From Ascidiella aspersa (lineage: Eukaryota), in contig OZ004614.1 in assembly GCA_963924565.1 (NCBI GenBank), positions 22,010,001 through 22,074,000 on the forward strand: 64,000 bases of DNA, given 5' to 3'. This document shows positions 37,301-52,300 of this stretch, one piece after another (the first letter of the stretch is position 1; each line of letters opens with the position of its first letter). The notes beneath the pieces are model-generated. The model was given only the letters and a program-made list of their open reading frames with translations, had not been told where the DNA came from and ran no database searches. The translations under genes were made by a program, and so were the position numbers.

Positions 37301-40300
37301 TAAAAGCGGGCGTGGAAGTTGTTTTTAGATTGCAAGATATACTTTTGGGTGTTCGCAATTGTTGTCACCTTTAAACAGTCACCTTTAAACCATCACCTTT
37401 AAACAGCGCAGATTATAAGACAGCTTCTTGAAAAAAAAACACATAAAACTGTAATTATATTAACACTGACAAAACCCAACGAAATCTCAAATGGGTTTTT
37501 AAGGTCGCCGTTACAAGCCAGAAAAGAGCTAATTTATGAAAAAAGTCAATTTCAAAGTGCGAAGTACAAATAAGGAAAAATAACAAGACGACCAAACAAA
37601 ACCCAGGACTTTGATTCCCGTAGAAAAGAAAGCAGGACAAATCAAAGTGCTTCATTACCTGCTAAGCCCTCTCGTTCTGCAGCCAACCGTGACAGCGAGC
37701 CATGAAGTCATTGCGACTTTCGGCATCAAAGCGTTTTTGCTCGCTTAGTCAGTCTGATTCGTACGCACTTCGCCTGGGTGTTTTATACCTGTCGCTCCGC
37801 TTTACGGCCCAATCCAAAATGAGACAGGCCCCGACCTTTTTAATGCTTTTCTAGCTGTTCGTCGGCATATTTTCGGCCAATTGATGCGACCGTTTTCTAA
37901 CCGAGCGTTTTCTTCGCGAACCGAATGTAATTTCGTACTTTAGCAATGTTTCATTTCTGTTAAGTTACAATTGTAGAATTTTGCAGAGATTTGCCACTAA
38001 TTTTAACAACGGACACAACTGTAATTTATTTTATTTGGTGTCATGAGCATTACCTATTAAAAAAAAACGTATTTGTTAGTTATTTTCTTGTGTAATATGG
38101 ATTATATTCGTACAATATTTGATCTTAGCGTACGACGCATGGATTAGACGACAAATACATTAGTTTTAGGGTAAAGGCTATTTTGGACGGGAGATTCTTT
38201 TTCCAAAACAGCTTTAGCGGTTTGGAAAAAACGCAGAAGTTGAGTCTAAACTTTAATCACGGAGCACAAAGCGACTCGGACATAACGCCGGCTTAATAAC
38301 CCACAATGCGCAGTTTGGAAAGGCACAATTTGCTTAAAATGAAACCTTCAGCCGGTAAACGTCAGTTACATTCGGACAAAAACGCCCAGAAAGCAGTACT
38401 AGAATACGCCATAACGTTGTGTATTGTCATAGTGCTTTATACCTCGGGCTTCCTAGTTTTGCGTTTTAAGTCTTCTGCATATTTTTCGTAAATTGAAAAC
38501 CGCATATTTTTATATTTTTTTTATTTTTAACATTTCTATTGTCTATTACGGTTTAAACTCCACGCATTGTGCTCAAAGTTTCTTTTTTATGTTTTTTTGT
38601 AAAAATATTTTTATTTTTTTGTTTTTTGTATATCTTCAAAGCATCAAAAAAGAAAATAAAAGAAAAACAAACGTTCTGCCGATAACGTTATAAAGGCGGT
38701 TACCGCTAAAATAAGGCGTTCGAAATTCATCAAATCCTAAAAAAGGGTAACGTTCTTTCAAGGTTGTATTATTTTCTAAATGAAGGCAACTTGCAAAGCC
38801 CAAGAAATGCCCGCGAGTTCGACCTCCGGCTTTTGAAAAGCGCATTAGGAGGCGTTGGCGCGATTCGGCCTGCTAAAACACTAAGAAAACCGACACCTTA
38901 AAATAAAGTTGAAAAAACAACACCCAAATCCCGGCGGTTTTTCGTTACCAACGCGCCTTCAACAGATAGGGGTGAGAACGTACCGCAAGTACCCCCAAAC
39001 CCCCACTACCCGCGGCGCATTCTATTCGAGTTATTACAGCAACTACAAGAGGAAAGCGCCAGGTCTAAGTTCGCGATCAAATGCACGCCTCGGCGCTAAT
39101 CCTTAACCGATCTGTCTTGCTTATAACGCGTTTGGGCAACCTTTCCAAAGCCCGACCCCACTAAGACAAGCTGCCACCACAACGCGGTAACATTACACCC
39201 AGGCGCGGCGCCGTGCTGACAGACCCTATATGTGGCATTATTCGGGGGTGCGAAGAAAATTTTACGTCGATGATAGGCGAAACGTCGACGAACATTCGTT
39301 GCAATGAACTATAGGTTTTTTGTGGCAATAATGGGGTCTGGCAAACCGCTTTTTTATCCCTTTTCATCCTTTTTTTATTTATATGCGAAGCGAAAGTTTC
39401 AAAACAGTAACTTTTACCTTAAAAAGACGCTTCTTCAAAATGCACTAACAGGCGCCATAGGGCAATGCATATATGGGTTTTTTTTGCTAAAATGATTATT
39501 TTTTAGGTTGCTAAAACGGGAGTCAGGGCATAATTTGAATTTCACCCTTATATTGTACACAACTCATAGACACGTTTGCACTCCCCGTCCAATCAGTACA
39601 GCGTGTGAAATAAGTTAAAAGGGCGACACGGCAAAAAAGTAGACGAATCAGTCAAAGTCGGCGCATTGCTCGATGACTGATGCTCTATGTCTTTCTTTCT
39701 GAATTCGAACAAAAATCGCCTTCTTTAGCGGCGCGCCCGGGACCGACTACAACGGAATGCCGCGATTTTCTCCAGAGGCGCTGTTTGACGTTCGTCGATC
39801 AATCAATTCCTCGAACTCGGCTCTCGACTATGTGCGGCCGCTTTCGTAAAAACGCCGCCTAAAACTCGCGCTTTCAAATCTTTCCAGGCAGTTTTTAACT
39901 CAATTTTTGGACTCGCTCTTTTTTACCCTCAAATCGCTCTTTTTTAACCCCCAACTTTGAGGCTTGCTCTTTTTTAACCACAAATGTAAAATAGTATGAT
40001 TTTTTTTAATGTGTGTGTCTTTGCAAGACTCTTAAATCCGTTGCAACAGCCCATGCACAATCGTGTGTTTTTTTTGGTGATTGTAGGACCACATGGTGAA
40101 TTGAATTACTGCAGGGCTCCACGAGTAACATATTGTAGTGTCAAAATGAAATACATTATCAAACGAACATGGTTTAAAATTAAATATGAGTTACTGAAAG
40201 TGGGCCTATCAATTTGAAAACGGCCAAGAAAAGTGGCCGAAGGAGCTAAGTTCTTGGTCGGTCGTTGAGAGTTCGATGTGGGCAATGGGATTTGCGCCGA

Positions 40301-43300
40301 CGATTTGGTTTGTGATGTTATCGCGACGGCCAAGCCCACGCGCGCCCAGTTTTTTTTTTATCTCAGTTTTTAAAGAAGTGTCCGGGACTCTGAGCGTCTG
40401 CAAACAGAAATCGCGCGGCCGGCATTGTGTTCGGCAATTCGTCGGTGGTTCGAAAAATTGCGCAAAGCTTAAAATACACATGCATGGAGCAATGGGGATG
40501 GGGGATTGAAAAAAACGAGATAACCTTTCCAGGGTGGAATGACAAACCTCGGGAAAGTGACTCAGCTTTGGTGTTTGAACGTTGAAAAATCTTCACAGGA
40601 TCATAGATAGATATAGGAGGCCACAATACCACTTTCTCACTCGCAAACAATTGTAAGGTAGCAGTTGCAAAATTGTTATTCCGGCATTATTTTGTATTAA
40701 ATGTACCGATGTTTCGATAACCTATACATATATTTGACCTAATGAAGATTTCCTATATAGGTTAACGAAACGTCGGTACATTTAATAGAAACTATTGTCA
40801 GAAGAAGAATTTTACAATTGATACCTTACGATTGTTAGCGAGCAAGGAAATGGAATTGTGACATCCTTAATTTACTTAAATCCTTTAGATTTTAATTTAC
40901 TTAAATCCTTTGAGTTTTTTACAAGTGTATTAATCTAGCACAGTGGTTCTCAACCTTTTTTCTTTCGTGGCCCATTTTCGTTGCACATAAATTTTGTGGC
41001 CCAATAATTTTTTACGAAAGAACAAACTATAAAAAAGGTTTAGAACAAAAAATAGCGGAGCATATAACAAAACAGATTATTATTTATTCAACCGTGCATT
41101 AGTGAAATGAAACTGTGGCCCACCTACAAAGCTTCCATGGCCCACCAGTGAGCTGATCTAGCAGCAACAGTATATTAATCGTGAGGTAGATTTAGCTGAA
41201 ATGTAGGCGAATCTCTCTTTGAAGCATACTTGCACGCACCGCACGACCGAATGTGTTTTACGCCAGAAGACACCATCAAATCAAATTAAGTTTTCAAACG
41301 CGGCGTGTCATGCGTTCAAAAAGCGTCGAACTTTCACCGCCGTCCCCGGCGAAAAACGTGACCAATTTGGGGCCGAGGAAGGCTGTAAGGGGAAACCAAT
41401 TATCCTCGTCGGGGTGCCGCGCGCGAAAGTAACCAAATAAACTCAACGCCGCCGCCCTGGAACGAAATGGCGGTGAGGTAACGCACTGGAGAAGTCATAC
41501 ACATGTTGTACGCGTGTGCACAACCATCATAACCGTGTTAAAGTTTCGTACCACGATGCGAAAACAAACAGTGAGTCCGTGATCACGGTTAGGCCAGTGG
41601 TTCTCAAACTGTGTTTCCAGGGCATTCTAGTGTTCCTAAGTTTGTCGCAATACTTATCTTCTGTTAATATTACTCATATAGGCATGTAGGTAAGCACGCG
41701 AAGCCTAAATGCACCTATCCTTTGGGAAACTGTTAATATTGTGGTGAATAACGATTGTTAAGTTTTGATGTTGTTGTTTAAGTATGGAAGTGTGCCGCGA
41801 ACTTTTTTGATTTTTTAGTGCGCGGCAACCTAAGAACGGTTGACTATTTCTCCTTTCTCACCCATACTTTAGATTTCCCTTTCGTTTGGCCACAATATTA
41901 CAGAATAAAACAAAATTTTTCAAGTTGATTTTTAAACTAGCCATCCGAATACTGTCCTATCATTGGTAGTGGTTAGTAAAGAAGTGAGCAATTGCGAAGT
42001 TAAGTCTAGTCCCACAGTCCACTTTTTTATATGACATTCAGGTAACGCGCTTGATCGCTCAACAGAAAGTGCTTTAAAACCGGGCGTAACTGACACAGGT
42101 GCAACAGCTTTTCGGATTCTGGGACGGTCGATTATTTAGGCAGACTGGTTAGTTTACATTTGCGCAGGAATTTTTCTTTTCAACCTTCGCAGTTTATGTC
42201 GGACGAGAAGAGAAACGCTCTTCTGAGAGGCGTTGATTATAAGAAAACGACGCCTGAAAGTTTGCATTTCACTCGCTATACGTTTTTTTTCCTCTTTCGA
42301 AAACAATTTTTTTTCTTTTACCAAATAAAAAAAAAATAAAGAGCAAATTAAGGAGTGAAGCCTTCCTATTGGCTGTATCCTTCCCATTGACGCAAAAGAA
42401 GGCCGGGTTAATCTTCAGACCCAGTCTTTCGGACAAGCAACTCCGTTTAAGGATAATTTCTTCGAATTGGCCAAAATGTAGCATGGGGATATATAAAGTG
42501 TCAGTATATGTTCAGGCATATTTCTCAGGCGACCAATTTACAATTAAGGTGCTGTCACCGCCACTTGAAGGTAGGGCCAGACTTGAACTGCGCATCAGCA
42601 GAAGGGTAACATTTTTACTATTTTGTCTGTGGTGTAAGTAATAGTGTCATAAAGTGTTTCAAATCAAGTCGCGCAGGTGTTATTAACAGTAACGCTGTTG
42701 AGGAACCGGTTTCTTTCAAAACGCAGAATACAGCCGGCGTAGATTATAGTCGCCTGCCTTTGTATTGGCCGCAAGTCCCGACAGACAAGTTTAGCAAACT
42801 GCGCCAAGCAGCGTGTCGCATATTAACCTAGCGGTGGTCTTGACTGATCAACGCGGGTAGCATTCGGCTATTATCCCCCAGGTAAAACTGTTGTTTTGGC
42901 GGGCAGTAAATACTAAATCTACACTTACTATTTATATTGCCGCTTTTTTGCACAAACGTTATAACAAGAAAGTAAAAATGTTCAGCGTCTGCCGATGGGC
43001 AGTTTTAACTCAGGCCCTACCTCCAAGAGGCGGCGGCATCAGCTTCTTAAATGGAAATTCGTTTTCTAAAGACTATATCTGAACTTATTATACTGACACT
43101 TCGTATGTTCCCGGCCTACTTTTTGGCCAATTTGAGGAAAAATTGCCACTAAACATTCACCCTTAGTCCCTTACTCTCCTGTTTTATTTTGGTTAGTGAA
43201 GAAAAAAACTGTATGAAAGAAGACCGTACAAAAAACAGTCTGTGAAACATTCGCAAATCTCCGGTATTGCGGTATAGCAACGTAGCAAAGGAGTGCCGAA

Positions 43301-46300
43301 AATTCCAGCATTTAGTCGCCTTAGCTGATTCGAAAAAAAAACGCTTTCACGAGGAAAAAACGAAGGTCTCGCGACACGAGCATCATTCGGCGACATCTGT
43401 AACGCGAGACCCGAATCCCAGCCTCGGCCAAAAACTCAGGCGAAAATTCGGGAGGCCGCGGCGGCCAGAATGGCCCGCGGGCCCGAGTCCGGGCCTCTGC
43501 TAACCGAATTAATTTGACAACAGGTGATGCGGGCAAGATTTGGCGGCGATATGGCACGTTTAGCTCCGATCAAAGGGCGTTAGTGAGGTGTGGGTGGCAG
43601 CCGCCTGCTGCTGCACTTTGCTTGTTGAACGATTCAAGCGCCGCCCTTGAATTAGCGATACGAATTTAAGCTTTGGACCATAATGTATAGATTGGAAATA
43701 TAAAAGGCTGATTTTTATAACAATTTTTTCAATTTTTTTTCTAAATTTTTTATCATGAAACGCACACTTGTGATTTAGTGAAACATTTCATCGTGTGTTG
43801 CGCAATTTTTGCTGCATTCCGAATATAAACCTATTTTTGAAAATAAATTATTGGTTTGAAATGTAAAAGGCTGATTCTTTTATTATATTTGTTTTATTTT
43901 TTTACTTTTTATCATGAAGCGCGCACAAAGAATTAAACAGTCGGACCAATAATTATATACCATGCGTTGTGCATTTTTTGCTTGAGACTACCACCACGCA
44001 TTACCATTATTTTGGCCTGCCATTCCAAAACAAAATATCACAAAACAGAAAAATTGGCTCCGGTGTTTCCGCAAAGACGAGAGCGAGAGAGTTTTAGGAT
44101 GCAGATTACGAACTACAATTAAATTATTAGAAGGTGATTAGGTCGACGTGATTTAGCAATACATTCGGCGTGATAGTTAACGAATGTTTTTTCACTATAG
44201 GGTGGACTGAAAAGTCCCTGGAGTATAGCGCGAACAAGATTATAGATTTGTTACGATGATACACGGGTATCAGCAGCGCGATAATGCCTCGTCTATGTGC
44301 GTTTTAACTTTCAGTGCGTTGGAAATAACTAGATAGCGGCCTTATAAACCTACAAACAGTGATGTAAAGCAGTGTTTCTTAAACAGGTGAATGGTTCACC
44401 TCAGGGTGAATAAAATTTTTGCAGGGGTGAATCAACCAAAACGGGTGAATAAGGGTGAACCGTCAGAAATGTATGATAGCTTAGTAGTAAATCGACAACT
44501 GAACTGTTATTTTTTGGTGTTTTTTTTGCCTATTGTAATAGTGAAGTTGCTTTGCACTGAGTGTATAAGCACAAAAATTTGGTGACTGTGTTTTTTGTAG
44601 CTTTATATCTCTGGACTCGAAAAATTGTACATTGCAATGGTAAAACTTAGCTTGAGTTGATCTTAACAAAAATCGAAACAACCTAAGTCATATTGTGCTG
44701 TTATATATAGACGAGATAGTTTTATCAAATCATGAGACAAGGGTTAACGAAATCTGGATATAGATGCTAGGGGAGAACGAAACTTAAAAAGTTTAAGAAG
44801 CACTGATGTAAAGGGTGTAAAACAGCGTGGTGTGTGCACAAAGAGACAGTCACGTCCAAGGCCGTCCCGCCGCTGCCGGCAAAAACCGCACACGCCAATC
44901 AGGGCGAGGCGCAGACAGAGAAGCGACGTTCGGTGCCGCGAATCAAGTCTGATTGCAATCAAGGTCCGCAGACGTGGCGTCTAGGCTCCCGGGTCTGGAC
45001 GCGAATATTTTTGCCAAGGCAATGGCCTGAATCGCGTCCCTAAAGGCGCGTCTGTTTTCCCTCGAGTGTCTTTAAACAGCAACCGCGCTGTTTGCTTGAC
45101 AAACGTCCCTTTAAAGCAGGGGTTACAACCTGATTCGCTTGAATTTTTAAAGAGTAGGGGTTCCAACCTGTGGGCCATGGCCCTCTATTATTCTAATAAC
45201 CGGTTACTGTATAAACCTGTTTTTTTTTCAGGATGCAGATTACGAAGTTTTCTTAATTAAAATGAAGTTTCCTAGTTTTTTTTTTAAATGATTGAAAAAA
45301 ATTGGGGGGCCATTGATTTCTCAAAATTTCCAAAGGGGGCCACGGTGTAAAAAAGGTTGGGAACCCCTGCTTTAAAGTCTCTTTCCAACTGACGATTTCG
45401 TTCGAGGAGCACAACTTACCCCGTCGTTATAGTTCATTCGGCCGTGGTCCTGCGGCTCGTTCAGCAGTGTTGCGGTGGCCGTTGCGGTGGCCGTTGCGGC
45501 AGCGGCGGCAGCAGCGGCAGCAGCAGCGGCGGCGGCAGCTGCAGGTGGGTGACTCTGCGGAGAAAGCGTTTAAATCAGTGCCTCAAAAACTTGTGTACAT
45601 TGTGGACGTTTTGATTTAGTGGAAAAACGGTTTTGAGGACAGTTATTTTAGCGGAGTTGAGTAAAGTTAAAGACAGTTATTTTAGCGGCTTGTCCTTTGG
45701 GGGTCAGAAACCTACAAGATAAGTGTAAGCGACTTAAGCAGCCGTCGGCTCTCGTCTTAAAGAGTCAGCACCTTTTTACCCGTAACTACACCCCACATTC
45801 GCTAAAATCACATCAAAGTACAATTAAAACATAATCACGGAACAATAGTTACGGTGTAAAATTTGAATCAGTTCTCATAGTAGCCACTTGCTATACTTGA
45901 GCTGTGGGATGACTTAGTATTTTTTTCATATTAAATGATTATTGTATTATACTAGATGAGGAAGGTTCGCTTCGGCTCATGTAAATTATCAGTCAACATT
46001 AACTTAGATAGATAGCACAGACCGCTTGATTTTCGTTTTTCAGGGAGAGTTTCTATACCATATCATATAAGGAATAGAAGCCCCTAGTATTGGATCAGCA
46101 AAAATATAAATATTTGGACCACAAGTTGGATGCGTGTTTAGAGAAAAGTCTCTAGGAAGGGCAAAACCACAGGATAAGTAAAAACTAATTACAAACAATC
46201 AAAATTCGGGTAAAAAATCCAAAACAAAGTAAAAAAAGATTAACTGCACGTGCAAAGAAGCTTATGCTCTTTTGCTGTTTTCTCACAATTTTAACTGCAT

Positions 46301-49300
46301 TGTTTCGTTTTTCCCGAGTGTTTTCCAACACGAAAAACCAAAAACCTCACCTGTTCGTTGCCCATGTGGTGATTGGGGCCACCCGGGAAGCGCGCCGACC
46401 CCATGCCCCTGTTGGGGTACATGCCATGGGAGGGGCCGTGGTAATTCCCCGCGCCCCCCTTTTGGTACATCCCCTGGTATCCGTGCCCGAAGTTGCCGTT
46501 CATTTGATCCGGACCTCCAGCGCCCAGCTGCTGCTGTTGGGAGAAGGATGTGGAGCAGGAACGACTGTTGACCGGCACCGGGGGAGTCTGGGTGGTCGAC
46601 ACCCCCCAAACGGTGGTGATCACCGACAGCGAGGGGTGCTGATTGGGCGCCGGCCCCGGCGGTCCGCCCTGGCTCCAGCCGCTAGAATTGAAACACGAGT
46701 TGGTTCAGTTGGAAAGATGGCTGCCGGCGTTTTTTTGTATGTTTATTAAAACGTTGCCGTCTCAAGGTTTTCTTCGAAGGTATTATAACCAATTACAATT
46801 TGCACACAATGTGTTTGAATACAATTTGTTTGGAACCCCGAGAGATTTGTAGTTCTTTCGTATAGTGGACTTACCCAAAATTCTTGGCTTTCCCAAAGTT
46901 TTCGGAACCTCAAATTTATTATATCCCCTACACTTACAGGGATTCAAGCCTTTAAGTTATGTTGTATAAGGTAAAAAAGCATTGTTAGACGCAAAATCTA
47001 CAGGCTCGGCATTTCGTGAAAAAGTGAAGAATAAAATTGGATGGCAACCCAGAAGCAGTTATTTCGTAGTGGCTAAACTCACCGGTTGCCCATGTGCGAC
47101 TGGTTGTAGTGGCCCTTTGGTTCCATCATGCCCCCTGGAACCGGGAGCGGCATTGACGCCACTCCACCCGGTTTGATGACGTCACGTTGATTGTGGTGCT
47201 GAAGTGTGGCAATCTTTTGCACGCTGTGGAGCCACATGGCTAGCATGGCTGTAAAAAAGAGAATAATTACGATATTGTTTGGATTTTATTTAGCAGCTTC
47301 TTCTTCACTTAATTTACGGATATGTAACAAGGATATGCAATAATGGGTAATAGTTTTTTATTTAAAAAAGGGAGCAATTCTCGTCGTCCTTATTAAAGAA
47401 TGGCTGTGAAAAATGGAGTTAAAATACTGTTTAGAATTTTTACCGATATCTAACAAGGACATGTGAATAATGGGTAACTGTTTTCACGTACTCAAAATGA
47501 TAAAGTTAACGGTTTTGAAAAGTGGTCTGCCTAGTGGCTAACTTGAAGAAAATTTGGGGAGGAAAATTGTTCCAGAAAGGAATTAAGGAGGAAAAATGGA
47601 TGAAAAAACAAGGTTATAATATCACTTCTGCGCAATAAAAATCTCACTGAACTGTAATGACAAATGGTATTATAAAGAGCCTGTTAGGCCCATAATCGTG
47701 TAGTTTCTTCACAATTACAGCTATTTATCTAGTCTAGAGGCTCTGCGTTCTGTTGCCTGTGACCAGCAAACTTTGTCGCCTGTTTTACTGAAGGTTTGTT
47801 TTTCTGTCAGCAAGAAACATCAAAGCAACAATTCAAAACAATATTGAATACTGCGAGACTTTTTCTAGGGAGAAATTTAGAGTGTTTGGGTTTGTTAGGG
47901 TGGAATTGAAAACAAAATGGTTTAGTTGGTACGTTTGACTATGATAAGGTGCTATCGACGATCAATCGCACAAAATTAGCTTCCCCCTACCAACTATTCA
48001 AAATATGAAACGACATGTAAATGCAAACTGCGTTCTATCCTTGTGTTAGTTTATTATTGATAGATTACACATAGTCACTTGACCAGGCTGCGGAAGCTAG
48101 TGGAAAGTCACAGCAAACAATTTATTTGGTGTATACGTGAAAACACGGTTTTAATGGGCGTTACAAACCGGTTGGCCACCTTTCTCCTACATTCACTTTT
48201 CGAGTCGGGTTTTAAACGTGCACTGGCCAAACAAATTGAGCAATTAACGCCGAGCAAATCGTGTCTGGATACACGTTACACTTGAAACCCGTTCAAGAAC
48301 CAATCTCAAAACGAATGTTTTGACAAACAACTTTTGGCGAAAAAAATGCGACGTCATCAAACAACAACTCTGTTTAATTCAAGATCAATATATTTACGGT
48401 TGATTTTAAATGGGTTCAAGTTAAAAGAACTGAGCAACTTTAAAGGCAGTTCTTATGGTTACGTGTACATCGATGTATTTTATAACAACGCAAAAATGAC
48501 TTTCGTTTTATTTTTTTAAATCTAATCAGAAGATTGTTGCACTGAATATGTGAATAATAGAAATCACCTTGACCCCAAAGATTAAATAAAACGAAGTAAA
48601 ATAATTAAAATTTGCTATTTAAAAGCTTTAATATTTTAGTTATTTTACTTCGTTTTATTTAATCTTTAATGTTTCTGACTCTTTCTTATACTGTTGCGTT
48701 TGGTTTTATTCAGATATACTGACGATGCCTTAGTTGGCGAAATATATATATATATCTTTTAAGATCTGGTTAATGTTTCTGACCTGAATTGCTAGCTTTC
48801 CAAGATTATTTTGCAGTAATCAGAAGATTATTGACTTTTTTATCGAAATCGTAATCCTTTTTGTGGAGTAACATAAACCCTTTTCACTCAAGCCGAAAAA
48901 AATACTTGCATTTTTACTAAAATCAGTCATATACCATAAAGAGTGAAACAATATCTAAAACACTAACTGACCCCTTTTGGCTTCCCTAGTATTTCGGTGA
49001 ATTTTTAAAATCACACTTCAGGTGAATTTATCAGGAAAGAAACGCTGTCACCAGTGGTAACTCTAAGCGCTATTGTTTCTTGTCAGGTTCACCCCGATTA
49101 GATGCTTTGTTAGTTTTAACTTTTATATATATATTCCAATTGCGACGTGAAATCCACTACAGTTAAGTCTATTTTAACAATCACAGAGTTCTTTTCGGGT
49201 ATGGACGACATCCATCGGACGTAAATACGGCCAATCTGTTGAACGCTTAAGCTTTAATCCACGTGTAGTGGTGATCCAAACATGGTCCGCAGTTTGATTT

Positions 49301-52300
49301 GGTTGGGTGACCGACTGCAGAAATTAGATAGGTTAGATTTATTTAGATCAGCGCTGTTCCCGAACTGGGGTCCGTACCGCAGTTTCAGAGTTTCCTCAAT
49401 GAGAACTAGTCTTTAAGTTTGTGCACATTATGCTTTAGCCAATGTATCTCATTATTCTTAGTCTTTAGTTATACTTTATTATTCAATAATAAAGCATCTA
49501 TTATGCTGTACTACCTGCTATCAGCGAATCTTTTAAATTAGTTAGAAAGTTGTTACATTAGAAAATAGTGATTGAACAAGTGTAATTACAAGAAACATGG
49601 GTTAACTGACGCTTGAATTTTTATAGGTTGGCGAAATATTAAAACAATTGCAAAGGGTCCACTGGGCAAATTTTTTAGAAAATATTTGGAACCGCTGGTT
49701 TAGATAGAAGTATCTCCCAAAGCTGTGCGAGTATAGCAACAATGGAGGTGATTGGACACAAGACACGAGCCGGGTCCGTGTTGACACGCAGTTTGTTTAG
49801 ATTAGCGAGCGGGCGCCGCGAAACGACGGTAGCAGCATAAAAGTTTATTGCAAATGCCCGGGGACAAGAACCGTTGCAACGGCGACGCCCGAAAGAATGC
49901 CGCGACGGCTTCGACGCTACGTAATTCCGTTTATTTTGGCAAGAAATATACAGCCGCCGAAGGTACTGCCATTTTTTGGTAAAACGAATTAAAAACACAG
50001 CAGTTTTACGACAGCAGTTTACACTCTTCGGTTGTGGGAATTGTTCAAATTGTAAAGTTCCGCATAAACTGATAACAAATTTAGACCTAATCAAATGCCT
50101 GTCAGGGGTGCAAAGCGTGATGACGACGGTTCTGTTTACCGTTGTATTGTCAATATTGTTTGTAACGTGGAATGAGAATCAAACCCAACATTCTTCACCT
50201 GCACGTTTTTTTCTTCTAATTTTCTTGGACAAAAGGCGCCAAAGGAAAACATATTGGTAATTAAGGGCACGAATACCAGTTTTAACACCTGCGCGTATGT
50301 TGCTGTAGTAAGTTCAATTGAAGACGACAAACCGCTGTTGCGTCAGACAGTTAATTCAGCGGCTTGCAAAATCTGGAAAGTGCTAGACAAAAACAAACTG
50401 GTTGAACGTCCACGGACCGAGGTCGGGGTTCAGTTAGGTTCAAACGACGTCTGCCAGCCGTTGAACCAACAATGAAGATGGTCGAAAACCTGGCAGTTAT
50501 GTTACACATAGGGATTTCCTATACTTGACATTTGAATCCGATACCGATACTCGATATTTCGGACGACTCGGATAGCAAATGATGTCAGTACTATGCTTAA
50601 ACAAGCAAAATATATGAAATTAAAATGTTCAAAAGAAGTTTTGCCAGGTTAATATAAAAAAGGTCGATTTAGCGTTTGGCAGCTTGGTTTCTTTCAGCTG
50701 TCAACCTACAATTTTTTGCTAAATGTAACTTTCAAGGCAGAAATCACTGCATTGAACCATTATTCATGTTCGAAATATTATTTAAGTATCGGGTCGGTGC
50801 CGATACCATGATAGTATCGGACGAGAACCGATACTATCACTTGGTATACGGCGTTTGTCCGATCCGATATTATCGGAAACCCCTAGTTACACGCGAACAA
50901 AAAGGCCAATTAACCGCTAGGAATTGCAAGCCAATTTGCCGGCCTCAACTGCACTTGTGTGCTCTTATGCATAAGCAGCCCAGGTAAAAAACTGACAGAA
51001 CAGGAGTTAATTACAAGGCGGCAATATGGGGCAGTCTTAAAAGGCAACACGAAAACTTTGGGTATATACAGCGACGTGTTTCGACCCTCCAAGTTGCGAT
51101 AGGGCTTATGCAAATATACAAGCAAGCCGCTCGACAACTTCAAATGGCAGCAATCCAGCAGAAGCATGCGGCAGTGGCGAGCCTCGGAGCTAAACGTGCG
51201 GTCGATTTTATCAGATCAAGCATTCCTGGTCGTGCAGAGGGGCGACGGTACTGTACTGTGTAAGCAAACACGGTGTAAGACAAGTTTTCTCCCTGTTTCT
51301 GACTGAACAGCGGTCACGGGCCGAGGCCTTGAACCCCATTAAAGGAAGCTTGTGGTTCGCCGCTACCGAAATCGCTTAGAAGCGGTGGGCCGAGAAGCAG
51401 AAACTTAGTGTATAGAACTTTTTTTTTCACACCGTTTAAATTCTGTAAAGGCGTGACCAGCAATGGATTAATGAATAAGTAAAAATGACTAGTAGAAGTG
51501 TGTGTTCAACTTAAGATTCACAAAAAAAAAATATTGCGCGTAAAACCAAAAATATGCGCGTAAAATATATCATTATATCATATTATGTAAAATATATCAT
51601 ATTATGTACTTATTTCATATTATGTACGTTTTGAATGTCAAATTACCCCAATTTTGCGGTTACAGCGGTTTCTCACAGGAAAAAAATAACTTTACCGAAC
51701 GTAAACATCTAATATATTCGATGTCATTTGAATGTTTTGACTTGGAATGTTTCGAGGATCCTATTTGACGTCAAAAAAAAACTGTAGTGTTTCTAAAAAG
51801 CTTACACGGAAACTTGTTTTCTTACGAATATTCTCTTTCGATGTCGATAGTTGATGAAAAAAGTACGCTAATCTATTTGATGACACTTCTATTTATGTTC
51901 GAAATGCGTGCACCGTTATGCACTTTACCTGGTTACACGCCATGTTAGCAGCTGTCGTCTACGGACAGTAATTAGCCGCGTTGTTTATCATACATTTAAC
52001 GACTAAAGCATTGGAAAGCAAACAATAATATTCAGGAAATCGTTACGATCAGTGATAAAAACACATCAGCTAAATCAGTGCTTTAAACCCGTGGTTAATT
52101 ACTCGCAAAGGGGTGATTTGGCAATTACTAGGTGGTCAGTTTAATAAGTACAAAAAAAAATTTTTGAACGCATTTTATTCTTTATCTTCACTTGAATTCA
52201 ATACATCAGTCATCTCTGCTCAATTTTTGATTAATTAATTGCCGGCCAAACTTTTACAGAATATTTAAACGGGGTTAAGTAAAATTCATCAAACTCTACT

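Noticed and set aside
51062-51110. Hammerhead-like 3' half (agggtcgaaacacgtc) on the minus strand; similar partial motifs at about 2620, 49205 and 58475
   Set aside because: The CUGANGA core is absent or too degenerate to support a call.
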